Positions 27,718 to 36,707 of a stretch of 64,000 bases of DNA are shown here, in pieces. The notes beneath the pieces are model-generated. The model was not told where the DNA came from. It saw only the letters and a program-made list of their open reading frames with translations, and did not search any database. The position numbers and the translations under genes were made by a program. The stretch lies in the IMG/VR virus record IMGVR_UViG_3300044645_001661. One strand, given 5' to 3'. The stretch comes from a virus (lineage: Duplodnaviria > Caudoviricetes). How positions within the stretch are numbered: position 1 is the stretch's first letter; each line of letters opens with the position of its first letter.

Positions 27718-29093
27718 TGACAACCAAACTCGTTATCTTTGATTTGGATGGAGTCCTAATCGACAGCAAAGATTATCACTATGAAGCATTAAATCAGGCA
27801 CTTGGGGAAGAGTATGCTATTAGTAGAGAAGAACATGTCAGCATTTACGACGGTCTTCCCACCAAAGCAAAACTAGAACTTTTAACTAGAAATAAAGGTC
27901 TTCCTGTAGACCTTTATGATAAGATTTGGAGAGATAAGCAAGAGGCAACACTGAAGATTTTTAATGATTGTGTTGCAAAAGATTATGAGTTGATGGGATA
28001 CTTCCAACAACTTGTAGATGCAGGATATAAGATTGCTGTTGCATCTAACAGTATTCGGAATACTGTAAAGATTATTCTCTTGCGTCTTGGTCTTCTGGAA
28101 TTTGTGGATATGTACGTCTCTAATGAAGACGTTGTTCGCAACAAACCTTTTCCTGCAATGTATTGGAAGTGCATGACTGCTCTTGGAGCACTTCCTGCAG
28201 ATACTGTTATTGTTGAAGATAGTCATATTGGTCGTCAAGGTGCTCTTGATAGCAAAGCACATCTTGTTCCTGTAGAAGATCGCAAAGATCTTAATCAGGT
28301 AAAAATTGATCGTATTAAAAAAATTCTGAATGGTACAAAACAAAAAGTGGCATGGGAGAGCAAAACAATGAACGTTCTTATTCCTATGGCAGGTGCTGGT
28401 AGCAGATTTGCTAGTCAGGGTTACACCTTCCCTAAACCTTTGATTGAAGTTAAAGGTAAACCAATGATTCAAGTGGTTGTTGAGAACCTTAACATCAAAG
28501 CAAACTATACCTTTATTGTTCAAAAAGAACATTATGAAAAGTATAATCTGAATTATCTACTTCCTTTGATTGCTCCTGGATGCAATATTGTTCAAGTTGA
28601 TGGATTAACAGAAGGTGCTTGCTGCACTACTCTTCTTGCTAAAGAATTTATTGATAATGATGAACCTCTTGTGATGGCAAACTCTGATCAGTTTGTCGAA
28701 TGGGATAGCAACGAAACTCTCTATGCATTCCAAAATGGTGAAGTTGATGGTGGTATCGTAACCTTCCCTGCAACCCATCCCAAGTGGTCTTATGCTAAAC
28801 TTGGTGAAGAAGGTTATGTTGAGGAAGTTGCTGAGAAGAAACCAATCTCTGAACATGCCACTGTTGGCATCTACTATTGGAAGAAAGGTTCTGACTATGT
28901 TAAGTATGCAGAACAAATGATTGCTAAAGATATTCGTGTTAATAATGAATATTATGTTTGTCCAGTATTTAATGAAGCGATTGGTGATGGTAAAAAAATC
29001 CGCATCAAAGAAATCGATAAGTCTGGTATGTGGGGTATTGGTACTCCAGAAGATCTGAACTACTTCCTTGAACATTATAAAGGAGAAGTCTGA
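27717..29093 (+). CDS. HAD phosphatase / sugar-phosphate nucleotidyltransferase fusion
   Basis: N-terminal FDLDGVL, KPFP, VEDS; C-terminal LIPMAGAGSRF...PKPLI, NSDQ, VAEKK. Confidence 0.88.
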   Translation: MTTKLVIFDLDGVLIDSKDYHYEALNQALGEEYAISREEHVSIYDGLPTKAKLELLTRNKGLPVDLYDKIWRDKQEATLKIFNDCVAKDYELMGYFQQLVDAGYKIAVASNSIRNTVKIILLRLGLLEFVDMYVSNEDVVRNKPFPAMYWKCMTALGALPADTVIVEDSHIGRQGALDSKAHLVPVEDRKDLNQVKIDRIKKILNGTKQKVAWESKTMNVLIPMAGAGSRFASQGYTFPKPLIEVKGKPMIQVVVENLNIKANYTFIVQKEHYEKYNLNYLLPLIAPGCNIVQVDGLTEGACCTTLLAKEFIDNDEPLVMANSDQFVEWDSNETLYAFQNGEVDGGIVTFPATHPKWSYAKLGEEGYVEEVAEKKPISEHATVGIYYWKKGSDYVKYAEQMIAKDIRVNNEYYVCPVFNEAIGDGKKIRIKEIDKSGMWGIGTPEDLNYFLEHYKGEV

Positions 29094-29818
29094 TGAAAGT
29101 AGCACTTGCATTTTTTGGACAACCTAGATTTGTTGACAACCAACAAATTATTGATACTTACAAAGAAGTAATTCTTGACCGATATGATACTGATGTATTT
29201 GGTCATATGTGGTGGCAAGAAGATGGTGGCGAATATGATTATTCTTCTTGGTCTAGAATAAATAAATGTCCGATTTCTGAAGACGCCCCAGAAATTGTTA
29301 CTAATAATTATTCTCCTTTAATTTTAGGTATTGAAGATCCAAAAACTTTTGAATTGCCACCTAAAGCTAAAAAGTTTATAGATGAAAAGTTTACAGGTAA
29401 ACATCCAGATGGAAATCATTGGAATCCTAAAAACTATAGTAATGTAATGTCGCAATTGTATTCTATTAAATCCGTTGCAGAAATTATTAAATCATATTCC
29501 GAAGAAACAAATACTAGTTATGATTTTATTGTTTTAGCACGATATGATACCGTACTAATGAGATTTCCTGATCTTAACGCCTGCGACAAATATAAATTCT
29601 ATCTACCAGGGCATCATCCTAGATTCCCAGATACGATTCAATTTTTTGGACCAAAATATCTTACTTGGGCACTTAATGCATTTGATGATATTGAAGATGT
29701 TTATGAAGACATTTGGGAACCATCTCCAGAAGCATTTAAAATGGGATCATTTTTAAAATGGTTTGAACATTCTGACCTTGCCCCTTGTTCTATGGACGCT
29801 GCTTGTATTAGAGGTTAA
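29093..29818 (+). CDS. Putative glycosyltransferase-like protein
   Basis: VALAFFGQPR...YDFIVLARYD; paralog of 27013. Confidence 0.6.
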   Translation: MKVALAFFGQPRFVDNQQIIDTYKEVILDRYDTDVFGHMWWQEDGGEYDYSSWSRINKCPISEDAPEIVTNNYSPLILGIEDPKTFELPPKAKKFIDEKFTGKHPDGNHWNPKNYSNVMSQLYSIKSVAEIIKSYSEETNTSYDFIVLARYDTVLMRFPDLNACDKYKFYLPGHHPRFPDTIQFFGPKYLTWALNAFDDIEDVYEDIWEPSPEAFKMGSFLKWFEHSDLAPCSMDAACIRG

Positions 29819-29820
29819 TT

Positions 29821-30288
29821 ATGAAAATTATTGCACATAGAGGAAATATTGATGGTCCTAATCCTTTAACGGAAAACCATCCAGATACTATCGATAATGC
29901 TATATCAATTGGATTTGATGTTGAAATTGATATTAGATATGATACTTTTAATGATAAATTTTATCTAGGTCATGATGATCCACAATATGTTGTTACACCT
30001 TATTGGTTAGCTGAACGTATGGAAAAACTGTGGATTCATTGTAAAAACATTGAAGCACTTTATTATTTTGTTCATAAAACAGGTGGATATAATTATTTTT
30101 GGCATCAAACTGATAATTATACATTAACTAGTAAAAATTATATTTGGACATATCCTGGACAAACTTATACTCCATCTAGTATAATTGTTATGCCAGAAAA
30201 TTATATTAACCGAGACGAATTAAATAACTTGATTGCTTATGATTGTTATGGTGTTTGTACAGATTATCCTCAAAAAATAAAAAAATGA
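29821..30288 (+). CDS. Glycerophosphodiester phosphodiesterase-like (short) protein
   Basis: IIAHRG, DVEIDIR, LGHD, WIHCKN, GVCTD. Confidence 0.75.
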   Translation: MKIIAHRGNIDGPNPLTENHPDTIDNAISIGFDVEIDIRYDTFNDKFYLGHDDPQYVVTPYWLAERMEKLWIHCKNIEALYYFVHKTGGYNYFWHQTDNYTLTSKNYIWTYPGQTYTPSSIIVMPENYINRDELNNLIAYDCYGVCTDYPQKIKK

Positions 30289-31235
30289 AAATTACATTAG
30301 TTGGACCAGGCATTATGCCTATTCCCCCTACTGGGTGGGGTGCAGTAGAAATATTAATTTGGGATACTAAACTTGCCCTAGAAGAATTGGGGCATGAAGT
30401 TCAAATTGTAAATACTAAAGATTATAGACAACTTATTAATGAAATAAATGCATTTGTACCAGATTTTGTACATGTGCATTATGATGAATTTATTGATCTT
30501 TGTCCGTATATTCAATATCCATCTGCAATTACAAGTCATTTCGGATATTTAGAAAGACCACAAATGTTTAATGGATACGCAAATGTTGCTAATCAATTTG
30601 CTTCTATTAAACCAAACATTTTTTGTTTATCGGAGGGGATCTCTAAAGTATATCAAATAATGTTTAATATACCAAAAGAGAATCTTTTTATTACTCCAAA
30701 TGGAGTTAATATTTCTCAATTTAAAGTTTCCGAATCGCCAAAATACCCAGATCGATCAATTTATCTTGCAAAAATTGACTATAGAAAGCGTCAACATTTA
30801 TTTCAATCTATCGATAGTCTTTGGTTTGCTGGAAATCTAGCAGATAGTAGATTTAATACCAATAAAAATTATTTGGGTGAATGGTCTAAAGAAACCTTAT
30901 ATGATGAACTTACGGATTATGGTAATCTCGTTCTTTTATCTGATGGTGAAGCACATCCATTAGTTTGTATGGAAGCACTTGCTGCAGGTCTTGGTGTGGT
31001 TGTATGTGAATGGGGTAAAGCAAATCTTGACCAATCCAAACCATTTATTACTATTATACCCGAAGATAAAATTGATGATTTGGAATATATTGAAGAAAAA
31101 ATTGTGAAAAATAGAGAATATTCAATTTCTCATCGAGAAGAAATTATAGAATATTCTAAAAACTTTGATTGGAAAGAAATTTTACAAAAATATTATATTC
31201 CTAGTATAATTGAAGTTATTGATAAGCATGGATAA
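30285..31235 (+). CDS. GT-B (family 4-like) glycosyltransferase
   Basis: PIPPTGWGAVE, EAHPLVCMEALAAG. Confidence 0.8.
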   Translation: MKITLVGPGIMPIPPTGWGAVEILIWDTKLALEELGHEVQIVNTKDYRQLINEINAFVPDFVHVHYDEFIDLCPYIQYPSAITSHFGYLERPQMFNGYANVANQFASIKPNIFCLSEGISKVYQIMFNIPKENLFITPNGVNISQFKVSESPKYPDRSIYLAKIDYRKRQHLFQSIDSLWFAGNLADSRFNTNKNYLGEWSKETLYDELTDYGNLVLLSDGEAHPLVCMEALAAGLGVVVCEWGKANLDQSKPFITIIPEDKIDDLEYIEEKIVKNREYSISHREEIIEYSKNFDWKEILQKYYIPSIIEVIDKHG

Positions 31236-32019
31236 AAACAAATCAATGAGTAAGTTGAAAAACTTTGGACCAGTCTATTATTTAAATTTGGACGGTCAAC
31301 CAGAAAGAAAACAATTTATGGAAGATCAATTTTCTTATTGGGGAATTGATAATTATACTAGAATCTCTGCTTATGATGGTAGAGATGATGATTTAAGTGA
31401 CATTATTAAAGGGAGATATCCCGAAAATATGTCATCTGGTGAAGTTGGGTGTGTAACATCACATCTTAAAGCCATTGAATACTGGTATAATAATTCTGAT
31501 AGTCCTTATGCAATTATCATGGAAGATGATTGTAATATGGATATTGTTAGATTTTGGAATTTTACGTGGGAAGATTTTATTTCTAGAGTCCCTTATGATT
31601 GGGATGTTGTACAATTAGCAATTATTTGTACGGGAGATATCCACGTAAAAATACATAAAAGATTTGTAAATGAATTCTCTACTGCATGTTATGTGGTTAC
31701 TAGACATCATGCAGAAAAATTGATTCGTTTACATGGTAGAGGAGGTAAGTATAAATTGGATAATGGTGTAAAACCAAGACCAGTTGCCGATGATTTGTTG
31801 TATAATTCTGGTAATACTTATTCTGTTCCTTTATTATTATATAAACTTGAATTGGGATCTTCCATTCATCCAGATCATATTGATAATTTTCATAGAGCTA
31901 GTCATGATGGCATATTCAATTTTTGGTCTCAAGCAGGAGCTCAGTTGACAATTGATCAACTTACGGACTATGATCCATATCTGGGGAGAGTCACTGATCC
32001 ATCTGGTGGACAGCGGTAA
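31228..32019 (+). CDS. Family 25-like glycosyltransferase
   Basis: YLNLDGQPER, GEVGCVTSH, IMEDD. Confidence 0.8.
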   Translation: MDKNKSMSKLKNFGPVYYLNLDGQPERKQFMEDQFSYWGIDNYTRISAYDGRDDDLSDIIKGRYPENMSSGEVGCVTSHLKAIEYWYNNSDSPYAIIMEDDCNMDIVRFWNFTWEDFISRVPYDWDVVQLAIICTGDIHVKIHKRFVNEFSTACYVVTRHHAEKLIRLHGRGGKYKLDNGVKPRPVADDLLYNSGNTYSVPLLLYKLELGSSIHPDHIDNFHRASHDGIFNFWSQAGAQLTIDQLTDYDPYLGRVTDPSGGQR

Positions 32020-32128
32020 ACCCTACACACTTGACAAACAAAAATCTTAAACCTATACTAAATAGGTACTTAAGAATTCTGTCACAATTCTTAATACAAT
32101 TGTCGTTTAGATCTAAAACAAATTAACT

Positions 32129-33007
32129 ATGATTATTCGTTCTATTCTTGCCGCCACTGCTGTTGCAGTTACTGCTGCTCCCGCTATGGCACAAGTCACC
32201 AGCGTTAAGCAACTGACTGATGTTCAACCTACTCAGTGGTCGTATCAAGCAATCACTAATCTGGTTGAGCGTTATGGTTGTGTTGCTGGTTATCCCAATG
32301 GCACTTTCCAACCTGGCCAACCCACTACCCGTGCTGAACTTGCTGCTCTGACTAATGCTTGCCTGGATCGCATTACTGAGTTCCAAAGTGCTGCTGATGC
32401 TGCCCTTGCTGCGGCTCTCCGTGCTGAGTTTGCTAAAGAAATTGGTGCTACCAATGCCCGTGTAAGTGCCCTTGAACTTGCTGCTGCTCAAAAAGCACAA
32501 GGTGTTGGTAACTACCTGGGTGCTGGTGTGCTGCTGAACAAGCAAGGTACTGCTGGTAACGGTTACACCGAAAACCGTACTATCTCTGGTGGTACTGTAC
32601 AAGGTCGTTATGCTGTGAAGACCTTCAGCAATCAGAATGCTGTTGCTGTTCGTCCTTATACTAACTTCGTTGGTACTCCTGCTGGTCAAATCGGTGCTGG
32701 TGGTGGTGCTCTGCTCTCCTACGATTGGAGTCTCTCCCGTGCTACTTCTGGTGTAAGTCGTGCTAACATCTACACTGGTGTTGGTTATCAAATTCCTTTC
32801 GTGAATAACACCGCCGCTAACTTCCAGTCCGCTGTGGGTGATCGTGGTCAAGTTGTTCTCGCTCTTGGTATTGAAGGTCGTCTGACTAACTCTCTGGTTG
32901 GTTTTGCTGATCTTAAGTTCCCCACCACCAATGCTGCTAACAGTTATGGTGCTACTAACGGAACTTATTCCCCTGTCTTTACCACTGGTGTTGGTTTCAA
33001 GTTCTGA
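32129..33007 (+). CDS. SLH-domain outer-membrane beta-barrel protein (N-terminus like cyanobacterial porins)
   Basis: Signal peptide; LTDVQPTQWSYQAITNLVERYGCVAGYPNGTF...TRAE SLH motif; amphipathic strands; terminal Phe (GVGFKF). Confidence 0.8.
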   Translation: MIIRSILAATAVAVTAAPAMAQVTSVKQLTDVQPTQWSYQAITNLVERYGCVAGYPNGTFQPGQPTTRAELAALTNACLDRITEFQSAADAALAAALRAEFAKEIGATNARVSALELAAAQKAQGVGNYLGAGVLLNKQGTAGNGYTENRTISGGTVQGRYAVKTFSNQNAVAVRPYTNFVGTPAGQIGAGGGALLSYDWSLSRATSGVSRANIYTGVGYQIPFVNNTAANFQSAVGDRGQVVLALGIEGRLTNSLVGFADLKFPTTNAANSYGATNGTYSPVFTTGVGFKF

Positions 33008-33109
33008 TTTAGAAGTAAAATCTAATTAATTTAGTCAAGGGTCGGATTTCCACCCTTGACTTTTTTTTATAATTACTATATAATTTTGTTGTAAATCGTT
33101 ACAAAATCA

Positions 33110-33304
33110 ATGACAGTTACCACTAATGAGCGTGGTCAGCAAAATATGTTTGCTAAAGAACCCACAATGTATTATGAAAACTATGGTATGTATTCCCCTA
33201 ACGAAATCAAGGAGATGACAAATGGACGCTGGGCTATGGTCGGCATTATTGCTGGGTTCATTTCTTATGCTATCACTGGCAAACTCTTCTTCGGCATCTT
33301 CTGA
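33110..33304 (+). CDS. hli: High-light-inducible protein
   Basis: EMTNGRWAMVG chlorophyll-binding motif; MTVTTNERGQQNMFAKEP N-terminus. Confidence 0.88.
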   Translation: MTVTTNERGQQNMFAKEPTMYYENYGMYSPNEIKEMTNGRWAMVGIIAGFISYAITGKLFFGIF

Positions 33305-33317
33305 CAATTGATTGACA

Positions 33318-33404
33318 ATGACTGAAATTTTATTTACAATGACCTCAGTTGCCTTCTTCGTATTGTTGGCAGCATCTGTAGAAAAACTTTGTGAGACCTA
33401 TTAA
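33318..33404 (+). CDS. Small membrane peptide (28 aa)
   Basis: [28 protein letters not shown]; stop overlaps the petF start. Confidence 0.55.
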   Translation: MTEILFTMTSVAFFVLLAASVEKLCETY

Positions 33405-33694
33405 TGACTTACACTATTACTCTTCAAAATCCAGATGGAACTGAAAATGTAATTCAATGTGCTGGTGATCAGTATATTTTAGAATCCGCTGAAGAAGCAG
33501 GACTTGATATGCTTTATTCTTGTCGTGCTGGTGCATGTAGTTCTTGTGCAGGCAAACTTATTAGTGGAACTGTCGATAATGAAGAACAATCATTTCTTGA
33601 TGATGATCAAATTGCACAAGGATATATCCTTACATGTGTCGCATATCCCACTAGTGACTGTGTAATCCTTACTGAACAGGAAGAAAACCTGTGA
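33404..33694 (+). CDS. petF: Plant-type [2Fe-2S] ferredoxin
   Basis: [11 protein letters not shown]...[11 protein letters not shown]. Confidence 0.96.
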   Translation: MTYTITLQNPDGTENVIQCAGDQYILESAEEAGLDMLYSCRAGACSSCAGKLISGTVDNEEQSFLDDDQIAQGYILTCVAYPTSDCVILTEQEENL

Positions 33695-33891
33695 GTGCTG
33701 GAATGCTTGGGCAATTGGGAGTTGCCCTTCAAGAAATTGGATGGGACAGTGATATTGAATTAGAAGTCAAAATTGCTGGAACACTAAAGAATGACAAGTT
33801 TATTGTAATTAAACCTGTTAAAGAAAAAATGGTTTGTAACCGAAACCCAGAACTTAAACAACAACATTCTTATAAAGGAGAAACAAAATGA
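33691..33891 (+). CDS. Hypothetical protein
   Basis: GTG start overlapping the petF stop. Confidence 0.6.
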   Translation: MSAGMLGQLGVALQEIGWDSDIELEVKIAGTLKNDKFIVIKPVKEKMVCNRNPELKQQHSYKGETK

Positions 33892-34007
33892 AATTTGGAT
33901 GGACCCCTGAGGCAGAAATCCTCAATGCTCGTCTTGCTATGCTTGGTTTTGTAATTGCTGTCGGCACTTACATGACTACTGGACAAATTATTCCTGGTGT
34001 ATTCTGA
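33888..34007 (+). CDS. hli: High-light-inducible protein (39 aa), not in the ORF track
   Basis: AGGAG SD; [39 protein letters not shown]. Confidence 0.9.
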   Translation: MKFGWTPEAEILNARLAMLGFVIAVGTYMTTGQIIPGVF

Positions 34008-34018
34008 TGGAGGTTAAT

Positions 34019-34546
34019 ATGCGTAAAGAAGGATATCAAATTCCTGAAGTTGAATTTATTTGTCGTGAAAATGGTGAGTTTTTAGTCCGTAGTTCTGTAG
34101 ATTATTTTGCTGGAAAGCGTGTGGTCATTTTTAGCCTGCCTGGTGCTTTCACTCCTACTTGCAGTGCCTATCAGTTACCTGGATTCGAAGAGAAATACGA
34201 CGACTTTATTGGTAGTGGCATCGACGCTATTTACTGCATCTCTGTTAATGATGGGTTTGTGATGAATGCTTGGGCACAAGATCAAAACATCAAGAACGTA
34301 ACTCTTATCCCTGACGGCAATGCATATTTCACACGTTCTATGGGACAATTAGTGATGAAGTCTAACCTTGGTTTTGGTCAGCGTTCTTGGCGTTATGCTG
34401 CTGTGGTTGACAATGGTATTATTGAGAAACTGTTCGAAGAACCTGGCAAAACTGATAATGCATTAGAAGATCCTTACGGTGAAACTACTCCAGAAAAAGT
34501 TTTGGAATATGTAAAATCTACTGTCCGCGAAGTAGCAACAGTTTGA
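34019..34546 (+). CDS. Peroxiredoxin (Prx5/type II)
   Basis: FSLPGAFTPTCS, SVNDGFVMNAW, RSWRYA; GGAGG SD favours 34019 over 34007. Confidence 0.92.
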   Translation: MRKEGYQIPEVEFICRENGEFLVRSSVDYFAGKRVVIFSLPGAFTPTCSAYQLPGFEEKYDDFIGSGIDAIYCISVNDGFVMNAWAQDQNIKNVTLIPDGNAYFTRSMGQLVMKSNLGFGQRSWRYAAVVDNGIIEKLFEEPGKTDNALEDPYGETTPEKVLEYVKSTVREVATV

Positions 34547-34605
34547 ATATAGGAGGGTTTATCCCTCCTTTTTTAATAAATATAATGCAGAGTTTGGTTA
34601 AAATA

Positions 34606-35304
34606 ATGCTTATAGATCTTCATAACTTCTTTAAATTCTTTGATGAAAATAATCCAAAGCATGTTGCTGCAGTAGAGCAATTTGAAAAGGATTTGCTTTT
34701 GAAGGCACAAGAACTAATGCAAGATGAAGCAAATTGGGTGAGAATTTTTAGAACAAAAGAAAACAAACCTCAAGCAGATATTTTACCAGTTCCATTTTAT
34801 CCACAAACAGATAATTATAGAGATGCAGATAGAACTTGTAACTCTTCTGCTTGTGCAATGTGTCTCGAATATTTTAAACCAGGCACATTAAAAGGATCTA
34901 AGGGCGATGACGCCTATGTACAAAAAGTTTTTTCAATCGGTGACACAACTGATCACTTGGTTCAAACCAAAGTTCTTGCGTCATACGGCATTAAATCCAG
35001 TTTTTCCTACAGTCTTTCTTTTGCTGATCTTGATAGAGAGCTTGCCGCTGGTAGACCTGTTGTTATTGGCATTCTTCATCGTGGGACTCTATCTAATCCC
35101 ACAGGAGGACACATGGTAGTTGTGATTGGCAAAACTCCTGCTGGAGATTATGTAGTTAATGATCCTTATGGTTCATTGAATGATGGATATACTGAGGCAG
35201 TACAAAATGGTAAAGGTGCTGTTTATAAACGTAGTGAATTAACACGTAGATGGTGTCCAGCAGGAAATGATGGGTGGGGTAGAATTTTTGATGTAAAAAA
35301 GTAG
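34606..35304 (+). CDS. C39-like cysteine peptidase (short product of a frameshifted gene)
   Basis: QTDN...TCNSSACAM (Cys), GGHMVVVIG (His), VNDPYG (Asp); ends in GTA AAA AAG TAG. Confidence 0.8.
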   Translation: MLIDLHNFFKFFDENNPKHVAAVEQFEKDLLLKAQELMQDEANWVRIFRTKENKPQADILPVPFYPQTDNYRDADRTCNSSACAMCLEYFKPGTLKGSKGDDAYVQKVFSIGDTTDHLVQTKVLASYGIKSSFSYSLSFADLDRELAAGRPVVIGILHRGTLSNPTGGHMVVVIGKTPAGDYVVNDPYGSLNDGYTEAVQNGKGAVYKRSELTRRWCPAGNDGWGRIFDVKK

Positions 35305-35367
35305 AGTCAACACCACAACAAAAAATCCCCCAATGTGGTGTTGATTTAATTAAAGAATTTGAGGGAT
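35295..35367 (+). other. Programmed -1 frameshift signal (slippery heptamer plus pseudoknot)
   Basis: A_AAA_AAG at 35295-35301; stem TCAACACCAC/GTGGTGTTGA (35307-16/35335-44); loop ATCCCCCAA pairs with TTGAGGGAT (35359-67). Confidence 0.8.
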
Positions 35368-35783
35368 GCCATTTAAATGCTTATCCCGACCCATTAACTG
35401 GAGGTCTACCAATAACTATTGGATGGGGAAGTACTAGAGATTTTAATGGGCAACCATTTAAACTTGGAAAAAAAGTCACTCAAGATTATGCTGATAAATT
35501 ACTTTTATTTGATCTTGAACAAAGATTTCTTCCTTCTTTACAAAAGATTCCTTATTGGAGTGAAATGACTGATAATCAACATGGAGCACTTTTCAGCTTT
35601 GCTTATAATCTCGGTGCTGGTTTTTACGGTGGAAGCGGATTTAATACTATCTCTCGCAACCTTCGTGAGAAGAATTGGTCAGCAATCCCAGAGACATTAA
35701 AGATGTATCGTAATCCTGGAAGTAATGTAGAATCGGGATTATTGAGAAGACGTACTGCTGAAGGAAAACTATGGATATCTTAA
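35301..35783 (+). CDS. GH24 (T4/P21-type) lysozyme domain in the -1 frame, with no start codon of its own
   Basis: LIKEFEGCHLNAYPD...ITIGWG, ALFSFAYNLG, GLLRRRTAEGKLW; frame is open from 35292 and its first ATG (35565) lies after the catalytic residues. Confidence 0.88.
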   Translation, partial: VESTPQQKIPQCGVDLIKEFEGCHLNAYPDPLTGGLPITIGWGSTRDFNGQPFKLGKKVTQDYADKLLLFDLEQRFLPSLQKIPYWSEMTDNQHGALFSFAYNLGAGFYGGSGFNTISRNLREKNWSAIPETLKMYRNPGSNVESGLLRRRTAEGKLWIS

Positions 35784-36037
35784 TCGTCTGACTTTGCTTT
35801 ATAAGCAATTAACAATCCAATAGCAACTAACAATTGTTTAATACCCTCATCCTGTGATTTATTACAATCTATGGGTGGGGGATTTTTTAATTCTCCTTTT
35901 ACGTTAGCATAATGCATTGTGCCAGGAATCATCAGATTGCAACTGGCAATACTAAAACCAATATACCCAAACAACACAACAAATGTTGAGTATATGAGTA
36001 CTGTCAGTGGTGAGATTTTTCTTGGTTGTGGATCCAT
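35780..36037 (-). CDS. Small two-TM membrane protein
   Basis: Hydrophobic LTVLIYSTFVVLFGYIGFSIA and QLLVAIGLLIAY segments. Confidence 0.55.
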   Translation of the reverse strand: MDPQPRKISPLTVLIYSTFVVLFGYIGFSIASCNLMIPGTMHYANVKGELKNPPPIDCNKSQDEGIKQLLVAIGLLIAYKAKSDD

Positions 36038-36201
36038 GTCTTCAAATCTCCGACATATTTTCTTAATGTATTTGCCTGTTCTTCATGCCAAAAATCACCC
36101 GTCTCTAACCAGAGACGGGTGTGATTATCAATGGCCTTTAGTATTTGGTGGATAGGAGCATTCCAACACTCTCTTTTTGGAGTGTTCCACTCTCTTGGCA
36201 T
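36004..36201 (-). CDS. Conserved cyanophage hypothetical protein
   Basis: MPREWNTPKRECWNAPIHQILKAIDNH. Confidence 0.7.
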   Translation of the reverse strand: MPREWNTPKRECWNAPIHQILKAIDNHTRLWLETGDFWHEEQANTLRKYVGDLKTWIHNQEKSHH

Positions 36202-36204
36202 ACA

Positions 36205-36396
36205 TTAAATTTCAGTGGTATCTTCTTGATCTTCTGCTGGAATGAATAAATCAACTTTTTTTAAAAGATCTGCAGATTCGCTATCATGAATGGCATTTTT
36301 TTGTGCCCAAGATAAATCAAAATCAGAAACAGATTGATTTTTAGAAAGTTTTGTGCAAATTGCTAAAAGTCTCTTGCGAGTAGGTTCGTTTAACAT
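36205..36396 (-). CDS. Hypothetical protein
   Basis: 63-aa ORF co-oriented with the two downstream minus-strand genes. Confidence 0.55.
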   Translation of the reverse strand: MLNEPTRKRLLAICTKLSKNQSVSDFDLSWAQKNAIHDSESADLLKKVDLFIPAEDQEDTTEI

Positions 36397-36510
36397 CGGT
36401 TTTAAATAAATCTACTTTAACTTATTTAGTAATAATATAAAAATAAAAATTATACGGTTATCTCATATCAACCCTGTATTTATAGTGTGCCACTTAAGCA
36501 ATTGGACCTA

Positions 36511-36539
36511 TTGACAGCATTTGCTAACAGTGTTATGAT
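36511..36539 (+). promoter_or_regulatory. Sigma70-type psbA promoter
   Basis: TTGACA-17 nt-TATGAT. Confidence 0.75.
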
Positions 36540-36586
36540 AAATATATCAACACGTTAAGGAATGTAACAGTTCTTTAATGTTTGTA

Positions 36587-36696
36587 ACACCCCTTAAACC
36601 GAGACCTCTAGGGTGTATAAATTACGTCTCTCATACCCAGTCTGAGGGTGACTGGGGAATAGTAATTACCACCATTTCCCTGATGGTCTTACTACT
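36587..36696 (+). ncRNA. PhotoRC-II-like structured psbA leader
   Basis: Stems ACACCC/GGGTGT, GAGAC/GTCTC, CCCAGTC/GACTGGG and ACCAT/ATGGT in the psbA 5' UTR, where PhotoRC-II RNAs occur in cyanophages. Confidence 0.7.
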
Positions 36697-36707
36697 CTTT
36701 TAAACAA

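Noticed and set aside
30270-30290. A_AAA_AAA run at the end of the GDPD-like gene as a second frameshift
   Set aside because: The next gene has its own ATG in an ordinary ATGA overlap and no downstream stimulatory structure is evident
32123-32851. 242-aa minus-strand ORF opposite the SLH protein
   Set aside because: Ser/Thr-rich antisense shadow of GCT/GGT/ACT codons; the plus strand has clear motifs, promoter and signal peptide
35302-35349. TAG readthrough or genetic-code reassignment joining peptidase and lysozyme
   Set aside because: The 0 frame hits TAA at 35347-35349, the lysozyme is in the -1 frame, no suppressor tRNA is present, and other genes end normally in TAG
35565-35783. 72-aa ORF-track lysozyme fragment as a stand-alone gene
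   Set aside because: It lacks the catalytic Glu/Asp/Thr region, which is encoded upstream in the same open frame (35301 onward)
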